Below, in pieces: positions 29,610 to 44,353 of a DNA stretch of 64,000 nt. Each line of letters begins with the position of its first letter. The stretch's first letter is position 1. The notes below the pieces were generated by a model that worked only from the letters and a program-made list of their open reading frames with translations, searched no databases and was not told where the DNA came from. Position numbers and translations under genes: made by a program. This stretch comes from the human T2T-CHM13v2.0 reference genome, Homo sapiens. Location: the NCBI RefSeq assembly GCF_009914755.1, contig NC_060937.1. One strand, 5' to 3'.

Positions 29610-30504
29610 AAGCAACTATTTTTAAAAGGTAAATATAGGCAGAATTCCTTATACTAATTTTTAACCCTCGAATTGACATTCAAGTACAAAATCTTAGTTT
29701 CCTGTCATTTTAACTGAAAGGTAAAAACAAAAAACTAATGCCCTTTAAAAAGAAACCTTACTTTATAGAGTACAAGATCTTATTTTCCAATAATCTTAAG
29801 CATATCTTAAACCTTGCTAACAAATAATATACATAGAATATAGTATACTCAAACCATAGCCAAAGAATGGTTAAAAGAAAATTTCAATAAACCATTCTTT
29901 GAAGTCCTAGTTAATTTTTTATGTTACTGAGTAACATAAATAAGAGTATAAAATGAGATAATATCACTATTTTCAGCAAAGTCTATTTCTAATTTAGAAG
30001 CTCATATCTAGATTTGCTTCTCCACTTAGGAAGAAAAATGATCAAAGCATTTACAAAATGTTTTTTTTGTTTGTTTGTTTTTTAAGCTAAAGACATGACA
30101 CTAATGGGCCTCAAGTACTTCAAGAACGCTGTAAAGATAGGAGTAAATTCACATTTCTAACTTAAAAATCTCACTTCTTAATGCTTCTCCCAAATCCCAT
30201 ACAATTCACCTACAGAACTTCTTGATATTTCCACAGTGAACCATGTTTACTTTCTGGATTCGTTCCTCTCCTTTGCCTTGTACTTAAACATCATGACCTG
30301 GTCCAACTCCCAGCTCCTCCCTAAGGCTCTCCATCTCTTCGAGGGAGGGCTGGTAACTCTTTGTCAATAATCCCACAGCATTCTCATTTTACACTGAAAT
30401 CATTTATTTGGAGTCAGATTCCTCCAAATGAGGGAAAGAAAACATATCATGTACCTTTCTATGCACTTAGTATAATGTCTGATATAGGGCAATCAATGGT
30501 CCAG

Positions 30505-30780
30505 GGGCAGTATGTGCTACTGAGAAAAAGCAAACAAACAAAAAACAAAACAAATCAGACTTTGAAATCGGCCAAATATACTTTCCAAGCCACTTGTATG
30601 ACGTATAACTTTGATCAAGTATTTAACCTCATCTAATTTTAACCTTGCATCTCTAATGTGAGCACTATAATATCTTCCCTGCAATATTGTTGGAAGGAGC
30701 AAATTTAAAAAAATGCATGTACATAGCTTGGCGTGGTAAGTGGTATGCAGTAGGTGCTTAGGTGATAGATAATTATCAGA
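30505..30780 (+). mobile_element. MIR SINE
   Basis: 'gccacttgtatgacgtataactttgatcaagtatttaacctc...atgcagtaggtgcttag'. Confidence 0.55.
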
Positions 30781-32052
30781 ATGAATAATGTATAGCAAGA
30801 AGAAATTGGGCTAATCTTTACGAAAAATATATCTAAGAGAGCGTTATGAGACATGAACATTCCAAGCAAGGCTGTAGACTTCTGTTTTCCCAAGAGCTTT
30901 AAGAAAGAAGCAAGCAACTCTATTTCTGGAATGCCTTGTATTACTGAACATGCTTCTTTTAAGAAATCTCTTCTAGATTTTGGATTTTATAACACTCAAC
31001 TTTACTAATTCTGCAAGTGACTTCACAATGGCCTCAATTCTTTAGGTATTATTATTTTCTTCATGAAAAAGAAGTTAGAATAATAGTGCTTGTTCTTTTT
31101 GTACCAGAATATCATTAAAACTTAAAGGTTTCTTTAAAGAAAAATTAAGGGGTCCTTCAGATTTCTTGCAGTTGGATAAAAATAGTTAATGGAATTATTC
31201 CTTATAGATCAAAACTATAAGCAGATAAACCTATAGCTATTATAAAAATCTTACTTTTCTTCTTTTCAATAACACATAGTATATTATACTATCACTTCTA
31301 CAAATTTGGCTGGTGACAAAGCTTTAAACTATTAACCAAATTTTCAGTATTAGTAATTCCCATTAGAAATGCCATAATGTTTTGGTTTAATGAATGATTT
31401 AAGGTTACACACTGTTCCTCAAGAAAGATTTCCAACATCTCCCAAGGCATGTTTATGATAAAAAGTGTCTCACTTGGCCGGTAAGCAAACAAAAAATATT
31501 ATATTTCAAACTAATTATAAGGCCTATGATAGGAAATCACATAAAGAAAATCTCATAAAGAAGAAAATCACATAGAGACACATCACACACTTTGTATAAA
31601 AGACAAGTAATATATAGTACTAATTTGTAAGCTGGACAGTTCATATAAACATATTCAATTAGAAAATTCACCAGTAAACTTTGCCTTGTAGAAAAATATT
31701 TTATTTCCCAAGGACATCTACGGACACTTAGGGTTAGGAAACTGGTTTCTCTTATTGATCCTCTTTGTTAACTACTATCTCTAGTGAAAGAAATAATAAA
31801 AATAGAAACCAGCTATTATTTCTCCATGGTAAGAAATATTAATATTATATTTCTTTGTTTTGTTTTTTTTCACATATAGAAATTCCAAATACACCTAAGT
31901 TAACATAATCCTCTCGTATGTGTCAATAGTTCTAATATTATTAATGATAATATTCTCCTTTCTCACTTTGTTAACTCAGGTATGATCATTTTACTAATAA
32001 TGGTAGAAATCTTTAGTTGCATATTGTAATTTTTGAACCACCCTGTACTTAC

Positions 32053-32142
32053 CTTGTGTTGATTCAAAGCTGCTTTAATATACACGCACTTTAGCTTTTG
32101 CTCATTACTTTAAATATTCCTAACAAATGTCCCAGTTTCACC
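32053..32142 (-). other. Candidate non-coding spliced exon, 90 nt
   Basis: Acceptor 'ttttcttttttaaatccttcag|GGT'; consensus donor 'AAG|gtaagt' (acttac at 32047-32052 on +); stop codons in all three frames. Confidence 0.65.
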
Positions 32143-33188
32143 CTGAAGGATTTAAAAAAGAAAACGTGGTACTTGCAGACAGTACATTCCATGTGATGTG
32201 ATCAAAAAAAATAAGCTGAAAATTAGAAAAGTAATCCCAATAAAACTTAAAACAGCTCATGGTAAGATGATACCCTTAAGATAATTCTAGATGCCTTCCA
32301 TCAAACAGTACATTGACTGAACTGGCTCAGTCCTTAAAGGGTCAAAATTTATTATCATTTCAGTTCATCTAATAAGTAATGTTTTTGCCGAACAAAACCA
32401 ATTCCCAATAAATTCTCACTGTATTTGTGTGCTATGATTTGATTTAGAGGCCTATGGGGAAACACCATTTGGTAGCACAGGAACACAGAGGGGTAGGTGG
32501 TGCTGAGGAGAAGTAGGGCTCATGTGCCAGAAGTGTTATTGTGTCAGGTTGATTTATTGAGTGAGCTTCACTTCACCGAATGTTCCGAGATATTTATTTC
32601 CCTAAAGGCTCTGCAAGGATATGAACAGACCCGCATCCACAGATGTCATCATTGCTCATTTTACCGAGTCATGAAATTTTCTCAACTGCAATTTGTCCAT
32701 CCAAAATTGCTGTAACAGAACAATGTCAATAGCAGCATCCTACTCCAGCACCTCCTTCTATATAAGGATCTGTTGCCAAATTCAGTACTTCTGTGCAACT
32801 TCATGGTAATTAAAGTGACAGAACAGTTTCACTGTAATTTCAAAAGAGTTTTCCAGAGAAGTTGCTCCGATTTTTAAACTCCACTTTAAGTCCCCAGATG
32901 AAATGTAACCGTTTAAGGGGAACCAAGTAGAAATATATAAACACAGAACAACTTAGCCTGGTCAAAATTAAAATAAAAATAGGTATAGAAAAGTAAATTA
33001 AGAAAGAAAGCAGGCTGTGTGTCTCCAAATCCAGGGTTTCAAAAATGTCACCTCTCCAAACACCATAAGCAGACTTAAATGACTAAATTTAGTATCTTAC
33101 TCTTGGGATATGCTTTTATCTGTTTGACTTTTCCCCTTTCCGGCATCAAGCAAATGAACTATGAAAGATGATTTTAAAGAGAACTTGT

Positions 33189-33231
<43 letters not shown>
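33189..33231. repeat. (TA)n microsatellite
   Basis: tacatacata followed by pure TA repeat. Confidence 0.95.
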
Positions 33232-33233
<2 letters not shown>

Positions 33234-34899
33234 ATTACCTATAATTTTTTTTCAAAAACACTTATGCAAACATATGAAGAAGTACTTAAGGTGCATTCAT
33301 ACACCCAAACAATATGACTTGAGTATTTTCCATAATTTCGTCTAAAACCATCTTCAGATCCTAATAGAATTTCAATGTCTGTGTTAAATAAAAACTGCAT
33401 GCTTGTGTCGTATGTCAGAATTTTGGAGTTTATTTAAATATGTTAATATTTCTCATTATGCCATTAACAATAACCTTCATCCATTTGTGAAAAACATTTT
33501 GCCAAGCATGCACATAAAAAATTAGCAAGTGAAGCAAAATCACCTTAATTTGCTTTGGACCAGCAAATAACCAACTAATTTGCAGAAATCCCTGCCAAGC
33601 ACTCATATTAAATGCTTCATGCTTATTTTATGACCTCTGCTGCTCTTCTCCTTCCCAGGCCCTGAATCATATGATCATTAACATATTGCAAGGTCTGAAA
33701 CTTTATTTTTTACATTCTTTAATTAATGCCTGTTTATAGAAGGCCATAGGACTTCAGATCCAGTTAATGAAACTTCGCTCCCCCAGGCCTCTGGAGCCCA
33801 ATAGAGAGCTCTCTCCTCTGTTGTTTTAGTAGCTTTTTTCCAACTGTTTGTTTATACACACTTAATTGATCTCTTTAGTCCCAGAAGCATTCCAGAGACA
33901 CAACCTGTTTTGAGGAAGCTAAAGTTTCCCCCCTTCCTTTATAAAAGCCTTGAATGCCCAAGGTTATCAGTTTTAATTTGAAAGTTGAAGATTCAGCTTT
34001 ATTTACACTGTCTAAAAGTAAAAACTGATACAGGCCCAGAAGTGTTTATTTGTACATTCATATACAGTAAAGGAGATCACAAGTGCATACAGGATATAAT
34101 TATTTTGATGTAGAACTAAGTAATTACTAAATGCTGGTATGTCTTATTTTACGGCATTGAATAAATGCAGTCTTTATAACAAGTTGAAAATAAAAACAAA
34201 TCTGGCTGCCAATGCATGAAATTTTCATGGCTCTTCAATTTACGTTTTACATATTCCCTATGACAAGAATTTCTATTATGCTATTCTCTTTTTTCTGCTA
34301 TAATTAAATTAAAAAAGTAATTGGCTGGTGCTGTACACTGCAGCAATGTCTTAATCACATAGACAAACAGTTTTACAATAGCTTACACCATTTGCCACAT
34401 GGGGCAATGACATTATTGTACCAGACTATAAAACCGAGACAGATAGCACATACCGGCTCTCAACCACTGTGTTGGCAAGAAAAGAACAGTAGGTTCATTC
34501 GGCACCCTGACTGGCATTTCTATGATGGAATTCCCAACTAAGTAGAAGTGGCCCAAATCTGGCCATGTGGTTTTGCAAATTGCCAAAATTTGAAGCTATG
34601 AATCTACAAATGCATGCTTATGGCCTAGGTGCAGAATGTATTTTGGAAGAGCCAAAAGGAAAAAATATGGGTCTGAGTTACAAATGCAGTAGGCATTATG
34701 ACTACTGGCAATGAGGAATCATTATATCTCCATTTTCGGATGGAAAAAATCTTGATTGTTCATGTGTCTTATATGTGTGTACACTATTTTATTAGTGATC
34801 AGTTTATGGATACTTTTTCTATTTATGTTTAGAATGAATACTGCACTAGGAGTTACGTGGGGTGGGGAGTGAACTCTTTGGTATTTCCAGAAATTTCTC

Positions 34900-35060
34900 T
34901 CTGACGAGATTCATGAGTCTGGGTCTTAATTTTGGCCTTTCCGCTGACACACAGGCTAGCCTCAAGTGAGTTGCTTGAACTCTCCAGGCCTCAGTTTCCT
35001 CATTTATAAAAAGCGAAAGTTGGACAAGACTATCTCTAAGGTTCCATTCGGCTCTCAAAC
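34900..35060 (+). mobile_element. MIR-family SINE
   Basis: 'ggcctcagtttcctcatttataaaa...gttggacaagactatctctaaggttccattc' core plus MIR3/MIRc-type end. Confidence 0.7.
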
Positions 35061-38000
35061 ACTGTGATTATATACAAATTTAATTCTTTCTAAGAACAAC
35101 ATCTGAGAAAGGAACTAAAATAAGGCACAGAAGCTTCCAATGGTTGCAAAGAAGCAAAGGGGAATAGAAAGCTGAGAAATCTAATAGCCGGAGCACTAAA
35201 AAGAATAAAATAAACACAATTTGACAAACACAAGGGAAAACACAAGAGTTTGGGAAGCAAGTATAGTTTTTAGATCAGCACTCTCTACCGCTCAGTGAAG
35301 CCCTGTTTATAAAACATGAAAAGCCAAAAATTTTAGATGAACTTCTTTCTAGATTTTTAAGTGTAGTGATAACATTTGCTCTTTTACAACAGACACTTTC
35401 TCTCCCGACTGCCTATAAAGAAAGTAGGTACAGCATATGAAGAATTATCAGGAGAGATTTTCCTAAAGTTCATAAAACTAAGATGTTCTCTACAACACCT
35501 ACACTTGATTACTTAACCAGTATTTCAAATCCTCATTTAGCTGAGACCTCTGAAAAATATTAAGATGACTCATTATGATAAAATGTAAGCCTGTTTTCTA
35601 GGATGAAATTGCTTTATCCAAACATCTACATGGTATTTTAATAGGATTCAGCGGCTAATTTGAAGTCCTCAGATATCGCTCTTTGATCATTTTAATTATT
35701 ATTAATAATTTAGAAAGTCCCTTTGAAAAAAAATCTCTGCAACAATAAAAAAAAATACTCTGCCATATCCGAGGAGACATTGCACATTGCTAATATCCTG
35801 TGAACAAATTAGTCTTAAATGGAAGGAAATTATGGAATAAAACAATATAAACAAATAGCAACTATGTATTTTAAAGTAAATAAAATATTTCAGAAGCCTT
35901 TACAGTGTGCATTATACACATGTAACTTACAGACAAGCACACAGCAGTGTTTTCTAGACTTTGGAGAATCCACTCTTTTCCCTTGAAGTCCTCCATCCCT
36001 AAATTCCTAAGGCTGAACTCTTTGCCTTATGTGAAGCAAATTCAGTCCTTCCTGGAAAGGTGCTCAATAGCTGAAAGTCTTCAATCTTCACATAAATAGG
36101 GTGCAAATCAAATCTTATGATGGTATATTCAAGCTCTCAGGATCTCTGTTTGCCACCAGAAATGTCAGAGTTTAGTACCTACTAAGCCATAGATTTATGA
36201 GGAAATGCTTGTAGATTGACAAGCAATTTTGCAACAAATGCATCTTCAGCATTAGATTCACAGGAATGTTTAGGACATGCCTAAATGATTTAGTATTTTA
36301 TACCTCTGCTCAAAAGAACAGTTCATGTAAGTCAGTTCTATCTGAAGACTGTCAATCAAGCAGAAACTAAAAGTAATTTTAGAACATCATGATTCATTTA
36401 CAAAAAAGTTTATCTCTAGAATTCAGGAGTTCGCGGTTCCAAGTGATACACTGATGGGCCAAGTTTGAAACGCATTAATTGAAACAAGGCAAATTGCTTT
36501 CTTATTTAGATATGAAATACAGAGCATTTCTGGTTACTTTTATTTATGAGCTGCTAATATTTGAACATATGCAAAGTCTGAATTGTTTCCCATTTGCCCC
36601 AGACTTTAAAACATAATTCCTTTTCTTAACGTGCCACCCTTCAGGGTAAGGAGTTGTAATGAACACCTTCCAGTCACACAGAATTACAATGTTCTTTATC
36701 TTGCCCAGTACTGAAAAAAGAAAAAAAAAAAAAAACTTCCAAAGGTTTGGAATCCTGAAACCTGTAAACAAAATCTGTGGAGCAGATAAAATTTTAAATG
36801 GCACAATGCAATTAAAGCTGAATTCAATTTGAGCGCACCCTGTCCATCTGTCAGAGAGAAACAAAAGCCGAGGAGCTCCATTATTGCTGAATCCCTGCTC
36901 TTGTTAATTTGCTTGCTGAGAGATTTCAATTTCTAGGAAGTGCACAAATTAGTGTTCAGTCAGGGCTAGATCCTCAGTAAGTATAAGCAGATGGTGGAAA
37001 TCAGCCCTAATCAAGTGGCCAGAGCCTTTTTTTTTCCTGTCTGATTAAAGCATTTTAATCCTTTCAGATTGTCTGCTTTTTTAGCAAATATTCACCATCC
37101 TTTATTTTTCTTATATTCCAGGATCGATTTAAATTTAGCCTAGAAACATGAGAGAAAAAATAACTTTGAGAAATAGGGCTATCAGCATCTGAGTCACAAG
37201 CAGTGGCTAACTGGGTTTGTGAATCCATTTAATACTTTTTTCTATTATTTGTTAAATAATTGTTTGAATCATTATTAATTTATATGCTAATATAAATAAA
37301 GCATATTTAATCTGTTCTGGTGGAATTAAATTACTGAAAGAAAGACAAAGAATTAGAAAAATTTCAGCTTGAAGATGAAAGCTAACAGAAACAGAGAGCA
37401 ACCAGAAAACGTGGCAAGTATGTGTAAATCTTCCATCCAGGGAAAACAAAATAAAACAAAAATTTTATTCTTTATATTAATATAAACTGAAGAATATAAA
37501 CAATTTTAGTAAGAGGATATGTTTAAATCAAAACAAAGAAGGTCTAATAACTAAAAGAGTTGCAGGCTTTTGTGAATAATGAAAACAAAATTAATTTGCA
37601 ATAAAAAATATACCATTGTTTTCAGAGTATGAGACAAACACACTCAAAATGCAAAACGACTGTAGTGATTATAGATATGCTAAAAGTTTGGTTGTATTAA
37701 AAGCTCACACATACACATCTACAAACCAAGGAATATGTGAACCAAAAATTTAGAAACTGTTCAGAGAAGCAGTAATAATTGTGATTTAATTGTGTAGGTT
37801 TAAGCAAACAGTTGGCAAAAACAAAGTCCTTCTGCTTCCAACATTTACCCAGCGTTTATAGAAAATAAACTTTTCTCATTATATACAAAATGTTTGTCAT
37901 AATAACTTGTGGGTAAAATTTCAAAGTGTATGAACATATTAAGGTTAATCTCTTAAGTCCTATTTTGAAATGTTCCTAAAACAAAGGCACATCAATAAAA

Positions 38001-38906
38001 AGTATTTATGGGAACAAGATACCAATTTAATATCTGAAAGCATTTTTGAACAAACTAAAACTTTGAGCCCAACATTTGCATGATTTCTGATATGCTGAAG
38101 ATGTGTAAGATTCCTGGTAGTGCTTTAACATCCTGTTTAGCAATTTCATTACACAACTAGATTCTTAACAAACACCCTCTCTAACAGTATGATAACATTT
38201 TACAAGTAAACTGTTCATGTATATTTTTTGATGCGTTTAACTAGGATAGTTACTAAAGAATTGGAACTGTCACTTCTTTATTTGAACATTTTAAAACTTA
38301 TATTTACAAATTTTAAACCGAAGTATATTCTTGTTTATATGCGACCAAGTTCAAGCATTTGCCCATGATTGTAAATTTGCAAATTTCTCAAGCTTAACAA
38401 TTGTAACTACTACATATATGAATAAATATTCCTCACATAGACAACTTACCCTTATATTTTGAAGTCTCTACTTAAATTTTCTAACTTTCTCATTCGAAAG
38501 CAAATTATGAAGAAAAAAATCATGACCCTATTAGACATTTATTTCGTGGAAAAAGCTTTAAGTTTTCTCACAATTTATAAACATGGAATCAGGCTTAAAT
38601 CAGCTCACAAAGAAATAGTAAGTTTGTATTTCCCTTCTATTCCTCCCATCTATTCACTATCAATGTAATCTAGCAATGAAAACGGGCTGATATCTCAGCA
38701 CCTTCTCTTTCCTCTCTTTAAAATCAAGCCTTAAGGCATTGGATCTTGCTAGATTCTTAGACATCTTGTCATGTGTTTGTGCCTAGGACTGGGTATTTGA
38801 AAATAAACCACTATGAAATATAATTAGGTACTATGCTGAGAAGGCTACAGGTGTACAGGAGGAACAGATTGGCTTTTTATTTCCCCTTTAAAAATATATG
38901 CTACAA

Positions 38907-39193
38907 AGCTGGGTGTAGTGGCTCACATAGGTAATCCCAGCACTTCGAGAGGCCAAAGTGGGAGAATTGCTTGAGCCCAGGAGTTAGAGACCAACCTGGG
39001 CAACATAGCAAGACTCTAACTCTACAATAAATTTAAAACGTAGCTGGCCGTGGTGGCATGCACTTGTAGGTACTTGGGAGGCTAAGGCAGGAGAATTGCT
39101 TGAGCCCAAGAAGTCAAGGTTGCAGTGAGCCATGTTCGTACTACTGGACTCCAGCCTCAGCAACAGGGTGAGACCTTGTCTCAGAGAAGAAAT
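38907..39193 (+). mobile_element. AluJ
   Basis: Dimer with J-type 'ttgcttgagcccag'; flanking aata(t/c)atgctac repeats. Confidence 0.9.
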
Positions 39194-39259
39194 ACATAAT
39201 ACATGCTACTATAGGAGACAGCAGCTATGGGAGAATGCACCCAAGACATTCCTCCCCAT

Positions 39260-39830
39260 CATCTTCCTTCTCTTACCACTGCGACCAGTGTGATTCTGGC
39301 ATCAAACCTCTCTCCTGGGCCACTTTATAACCTCCTATTTCACCTCCCTACATCTTTAGAGATTGATTCTCTTATGTCCACTAAATATTTAAGACTTCTT
39401 TGCTTACCGTATTTAGGCCCTAGCCAATATTCAAGGCTCTTCTTTCTTGACCCTCTAGCTAAATCTTATTACTCATTAGCTACATGATTGGACCTCTTCT
39501 TGCCAAAGCGCTGCATTTGCTCACAAAGTTCCCACCCTCTGGAATGCCATTAGCTCCACCTGTTAAGGTACTAGTCAAAGTTTGTCTACATTTCTGTTTC
39601 CATAAACCTTTCTCTTCCATCATAAACTAGAATTGATCTTTCCCCACTTTTTGCTTCAATATGTTCTTTCAAGGGGTTTAGTCTATCTAAAATCTTTTTC
39701 AACATCCTGACTTGTATTATTAATTATTTATCTACATATTTATATCTTATCTTACCTACCGTATGAGAAGTATTTCACGTTTGTTTGCTTTGTCTTCTCT
39801 GGAACACAGAACACAGTATTGTACCCTTCA
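39260..39830 (+). mobile_element. L2 relic
   Basis: 'cctctctcctgggccactttataacctcct...catttgctcacaaagttcccaccctctggaatgcc' L2-like. Confidence 0.5.
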
Positions 39831-39844
39831 TGTTATGGATCTTC

Positions 39845-40032
39845 ACTGTGCAATACAGTAGCCAATAGCTACATGTGTCTATTTAAATTAAAATTAAGTA
39901 AATTTTAAAATTTAGCTCTTCAATTATACTTGCCACATTTCAAGTGCTCAATACTCACATGTCAGTAGCCACTGAACCAAATGGGGCGTAGAATATTTTT
40001 AATTTCAGAGAAAGTTTTATCATCAGATAGCT
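39845..40032 (-). mobile_element. MER3 (hAT-Charlie) DNA transposon
   Basis: 'caatacagtagccaatagctacatgtgtctatttaaatt...gccacatttcaagtgctcaata' matches MER3 in reverse. Confidence 0.75.
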
Positions 40033-40590
40033 AGATTGTAAAGAGTCAATAACCTTACAAAGGTTTATACATTTGTATACAATTATCATCAAAGTACCAG
40101 GACATGACTAGAAAACAAGGAGGGAATCTTGATGGCTACTTTCTTGATGGTTTTGAGGACAACCACCAAAATCTATGAGACGCAAACACTCAACTACATT
40201 CTCTGGGAGGTTTCGGTTGCCTCAAAAGAGTCAACATTTTCTATTCCCATTATGTTTAAAAATGAACCCAGCTAAGCCAGGACAATTTTTTGATATTTCA
40301 TATGTAATTCATAGTGGTTAAGGAAATTTATATGGCAATTGTTTTGCAGAAGCTTTAATTCACACTTTCAATATTTAAAAAGCCTGCTGTCACGGCTGGT
40401 AGGAATAAAATTAAACCCACCAGCTGTGGTTTGTTTTTTGAGGAAAACACATAACATTTTATTTTTGCATTGTCTGTCATCCTTGTAAATGTCAGAAATA
40501 TAGAACTGAAATGCACTGAATCCCCTGGTTTACCGTTAGAGTCTTCTGAAAATGCTTAGTATTTTAATTAGACAAATATTTTAGCAATAA

Positions 40591-40986
<396 letters not shown>

Positions 40987-42289
40987 TAATTTTTGTATTA
41001 TTTTCTTTGTGGAATTTTTCATCAAAAGATAATTAAGGACAATTTCCTAAAGAGATATATTCTTCAAATCTTTCATTTATTAAAATCTGAGGCTATTTGA
41101 GGAAATGTCGTTCTAGATTATTTTAAATTTCCCAGGTGTTTAGCTATACAAATCAAGAGTGTTTTGCTGAGACTTAAGTAGTTTCCATGAGCCATTCGAC
41201 AATCACAGCACAGAATTATACAGTTTCCTTTTGATATGTGGCATTAATGTTATACCCTGGGAAAATGGAACTTGTCACAAAATTAACTTAGAATGTGAGA
41301 GAACATAAGCTGACAATTTCTTTTTTTTCCATTATTTTTAACTAGAAAAAATTGTATTCTATTTTTAAATGTTTTTGCCTTATAGGCAGTCAGCCACTGA
41401 TAAGTACCCTAAGCACAAAGACTTAAGTACAAAAATTCAGACATTAAGTACCTGTTACATATCAGTACTTGTTAATGTCATTCTAATCAAAATCAAATTA
41501 TTTAAATCTAAGCAGTGTTACATATTATGAAGAATTTCCTGAACAGATTTCTCAAAGCTCATCATTATATCACAATACTATTACTCTACTTTTGGCCTAC
41601 CTATCGTGAAATATTTTTCACTAACTTATCATGGTATCACTCTACTTCTCTATGTAGTCTAAGATCTCCATGGAGAGTGTGATTTATTTAAATTAGATCC
41701 AAAGTGATGGAGTTCTTCCAAAATGTCATGACTTTTTCATTAACATACCACAATTAGTTAATTTCTTTCATCAACCGATTATGAATCTAAAAATTATAAA
41801 ATAGAGATGAGTTTACATTACAATATAGGTAATATGGTGAGAACACCATCATAGGCTTCTTGCACACAAGGGAAGTAAATAGGGACAGTGCTTCAACTCC
41901 GGGGCATAGGTGGGTTCCAGGAATGAGAAGAAAAGCCCAAGAGAGGAACTTCTGGCACTTTGCAGTTTTGCCCAAGGCAGTTCCTGCTTTTGCAGAACAG
42001 AATGAACAAGTTAAATCAGCATCCTCATATCAGCACAAGTAATATTTGTGCTATATTAACAACTGTCTATTAAAATGGTAGTTTTATGTCCAAAAACAAA
42101 TCCAACATGGCATGTTTATATCCAACACAAAAATATGCCAATAACATTATTTGCTAATATATTTATAGTTCAGTACTGTAGTTTCAGTGAGATTAAAATA
42201 AATAGTGGAAGCTTGTGTTTGCCAGTTCATTCGCACTTCCCTCGCCCCTGTCATTTTATAACGTTCTGTCAGTATTTATCACAGATTGC

Positions 42290-42313
42290 AAAAAAAAAAA
42301 AAAAAAAAAAAAA
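42290..42313. repeat. Poly(A) run, about 24 nt
   Basis: Read directly; no adjacent SINE body. Confidence 0.9.
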
Positions 42314-44076
42314 TCCTCAATATGTAAAAATAGCAGCTGTTATTTGCCATTAACAACTGGGCAACTTCATAAATCTTTCCAAACTCAGAGAGAAAACAGA
42401 GTGTGTGGTTTAAGATTGGTCCAAGTAAATTTTTATTTTGCTTTAATTCCAAAAAACAAATTAAGTTTTTATTTTAAGCTATTATGCCTTTGCTGAGACA
42501 TATTTCTAGAAATAGGAATCTAATAATGTATCTTTGGTCACTACATCACATCGATGTTAATATCAACTTTTGGTAATTGATTTCCTGAAAATTGACAGAT
42601 ACAGTAAAAATATTTTAAAAAATTAATCCAAATGCCAATTTTTACTCCTATCCAAATACTTTAGCAATATCTCTCACTTCAAAATCCCAAATATTTCTTG
42701 GATTTACCAAATTTTCTATGTCCAATTGACACTGCCTGGGTAAATTTAGTCTAAAAAGTCCTCATTATTTGCAGCCTCTACGATTACAGTTGTCTCTTGA
42801 TTACTTTTCCTGATGTTAATGTCAACCTTATCAAATAATGTAGTCGGAGTAATTTATTTAGTCTAGAATTACAACCTGAATTATACATCTCCCCTGCTTA
42901 ATATCCTTACACATAAGATTCTTTGTGATCTGACCATTACTCTCTCCTTGACATCACCACCCAACCTGGACCAACGTCTTCACCATACCCACTTACACCA
43001 AGCAGATCTTAAATTGCTTTCTTTTATATTTCTGTGTCTTTGAAATGCTTTTCTTTCTGGCTTACACAGATATCCCCAGAATTTTTGGAATTAATTTAAA
43101 TTCTATTTCATATTTGTAATGCCTCTTTACTGTGCTTCTTCTCAAAGGTCTCCATGAGATTTTTTTGTGGTCATTATTCCACAAACCTGTTTCTGTGACC
43201 TCAACTTTCATTATTGACCAGGATTATCCATTTTATGGTCTCCCTTGATCAAATTAAACATCTGTCTGCAGAATTTCTACTACACTTTTGCTATGATCAA
43301 AGCTCTAAACAAATTTTCTAGTAGTTTGCAAAGAATTTTCATTATTTTTATAAACACATAACTAATAAAAAGAGAAATATAAGCATCTTTGGAGGCACTA
43401 ATGTAATCTATTTCTGCATCCTTCATAGAAGTAATTTTAATAAAACATCATGAGATGTAAAATATCATGTTCCCTATTCTGTTCAAGGTCATTTGGTCAT
43501 TGATTTCAAAGAAGTTGATGTTTTAAAGCAGTTTGACATCCTGCTTGTATGTCTTTAGAGAAGTTTAGTCAATACAGTAAGAAGAATCATTAGTTATTCA
43601 AGGTAAAACTTTCAAAAAATGCAACTAAGACACTTTGACCTTCTCTGAATCAGGAAATGCTCTGTGCATCTTTATGTTCTTTTAAATATAATTTGTCTAA
43701 ACTGTCTAAAGTAAATCAAAAACTATCACTCAACCCTCCTAGTAAAAAGGGTACATTTTAATTGCAGAACTTAAAACCTCACAATTAAAAGCTGTGCTGC
43801 TACTTAAAGCCAACACAAACACAGGAATGAAAGCTGATGCATACAAATTAGATTTCTTGACATATGTGTAATTCTGAAGGATTCTCTAAAGCATAGACCA
43901 TTTATATGCTTTAAGCGTTTCAATAGGGGAGGAATAAAATGGATGATTGTTACATTTTTAATAAAGTTTTGTCATTTTGGTTCTTAGTAATAACTTCATG
44001 ACTATCTAAATCTTTCATGTGAAAAGGTATTTATAACATACCTCAAACAAAAAACAAATATGTGAAAAGAAAATAA

Positions 44077-44353
<277 letters not shown>

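Noticed and set aside
31953-31985. Plus-strand recursive-splice-like motif (polypyrimidine tract, CAG|GTATGA)
   Set aside because: Opposite strand to the inferred transcript; single occurrence without support
32729-32750. TAGCAGCA miR-15/16 seed-like words (also 55223)
   Set aside because: No match to the rest of the mature miRNA and no hairpin partner; no miRNA, tRNA or snRNA recognised in the window
38443-38460. Strong minus-strand donor AGG|gtaagt, with similar orphan donors at 11681 and 5219
   Set aside because: No plausible acceptor at exon distance and no promoter-like context
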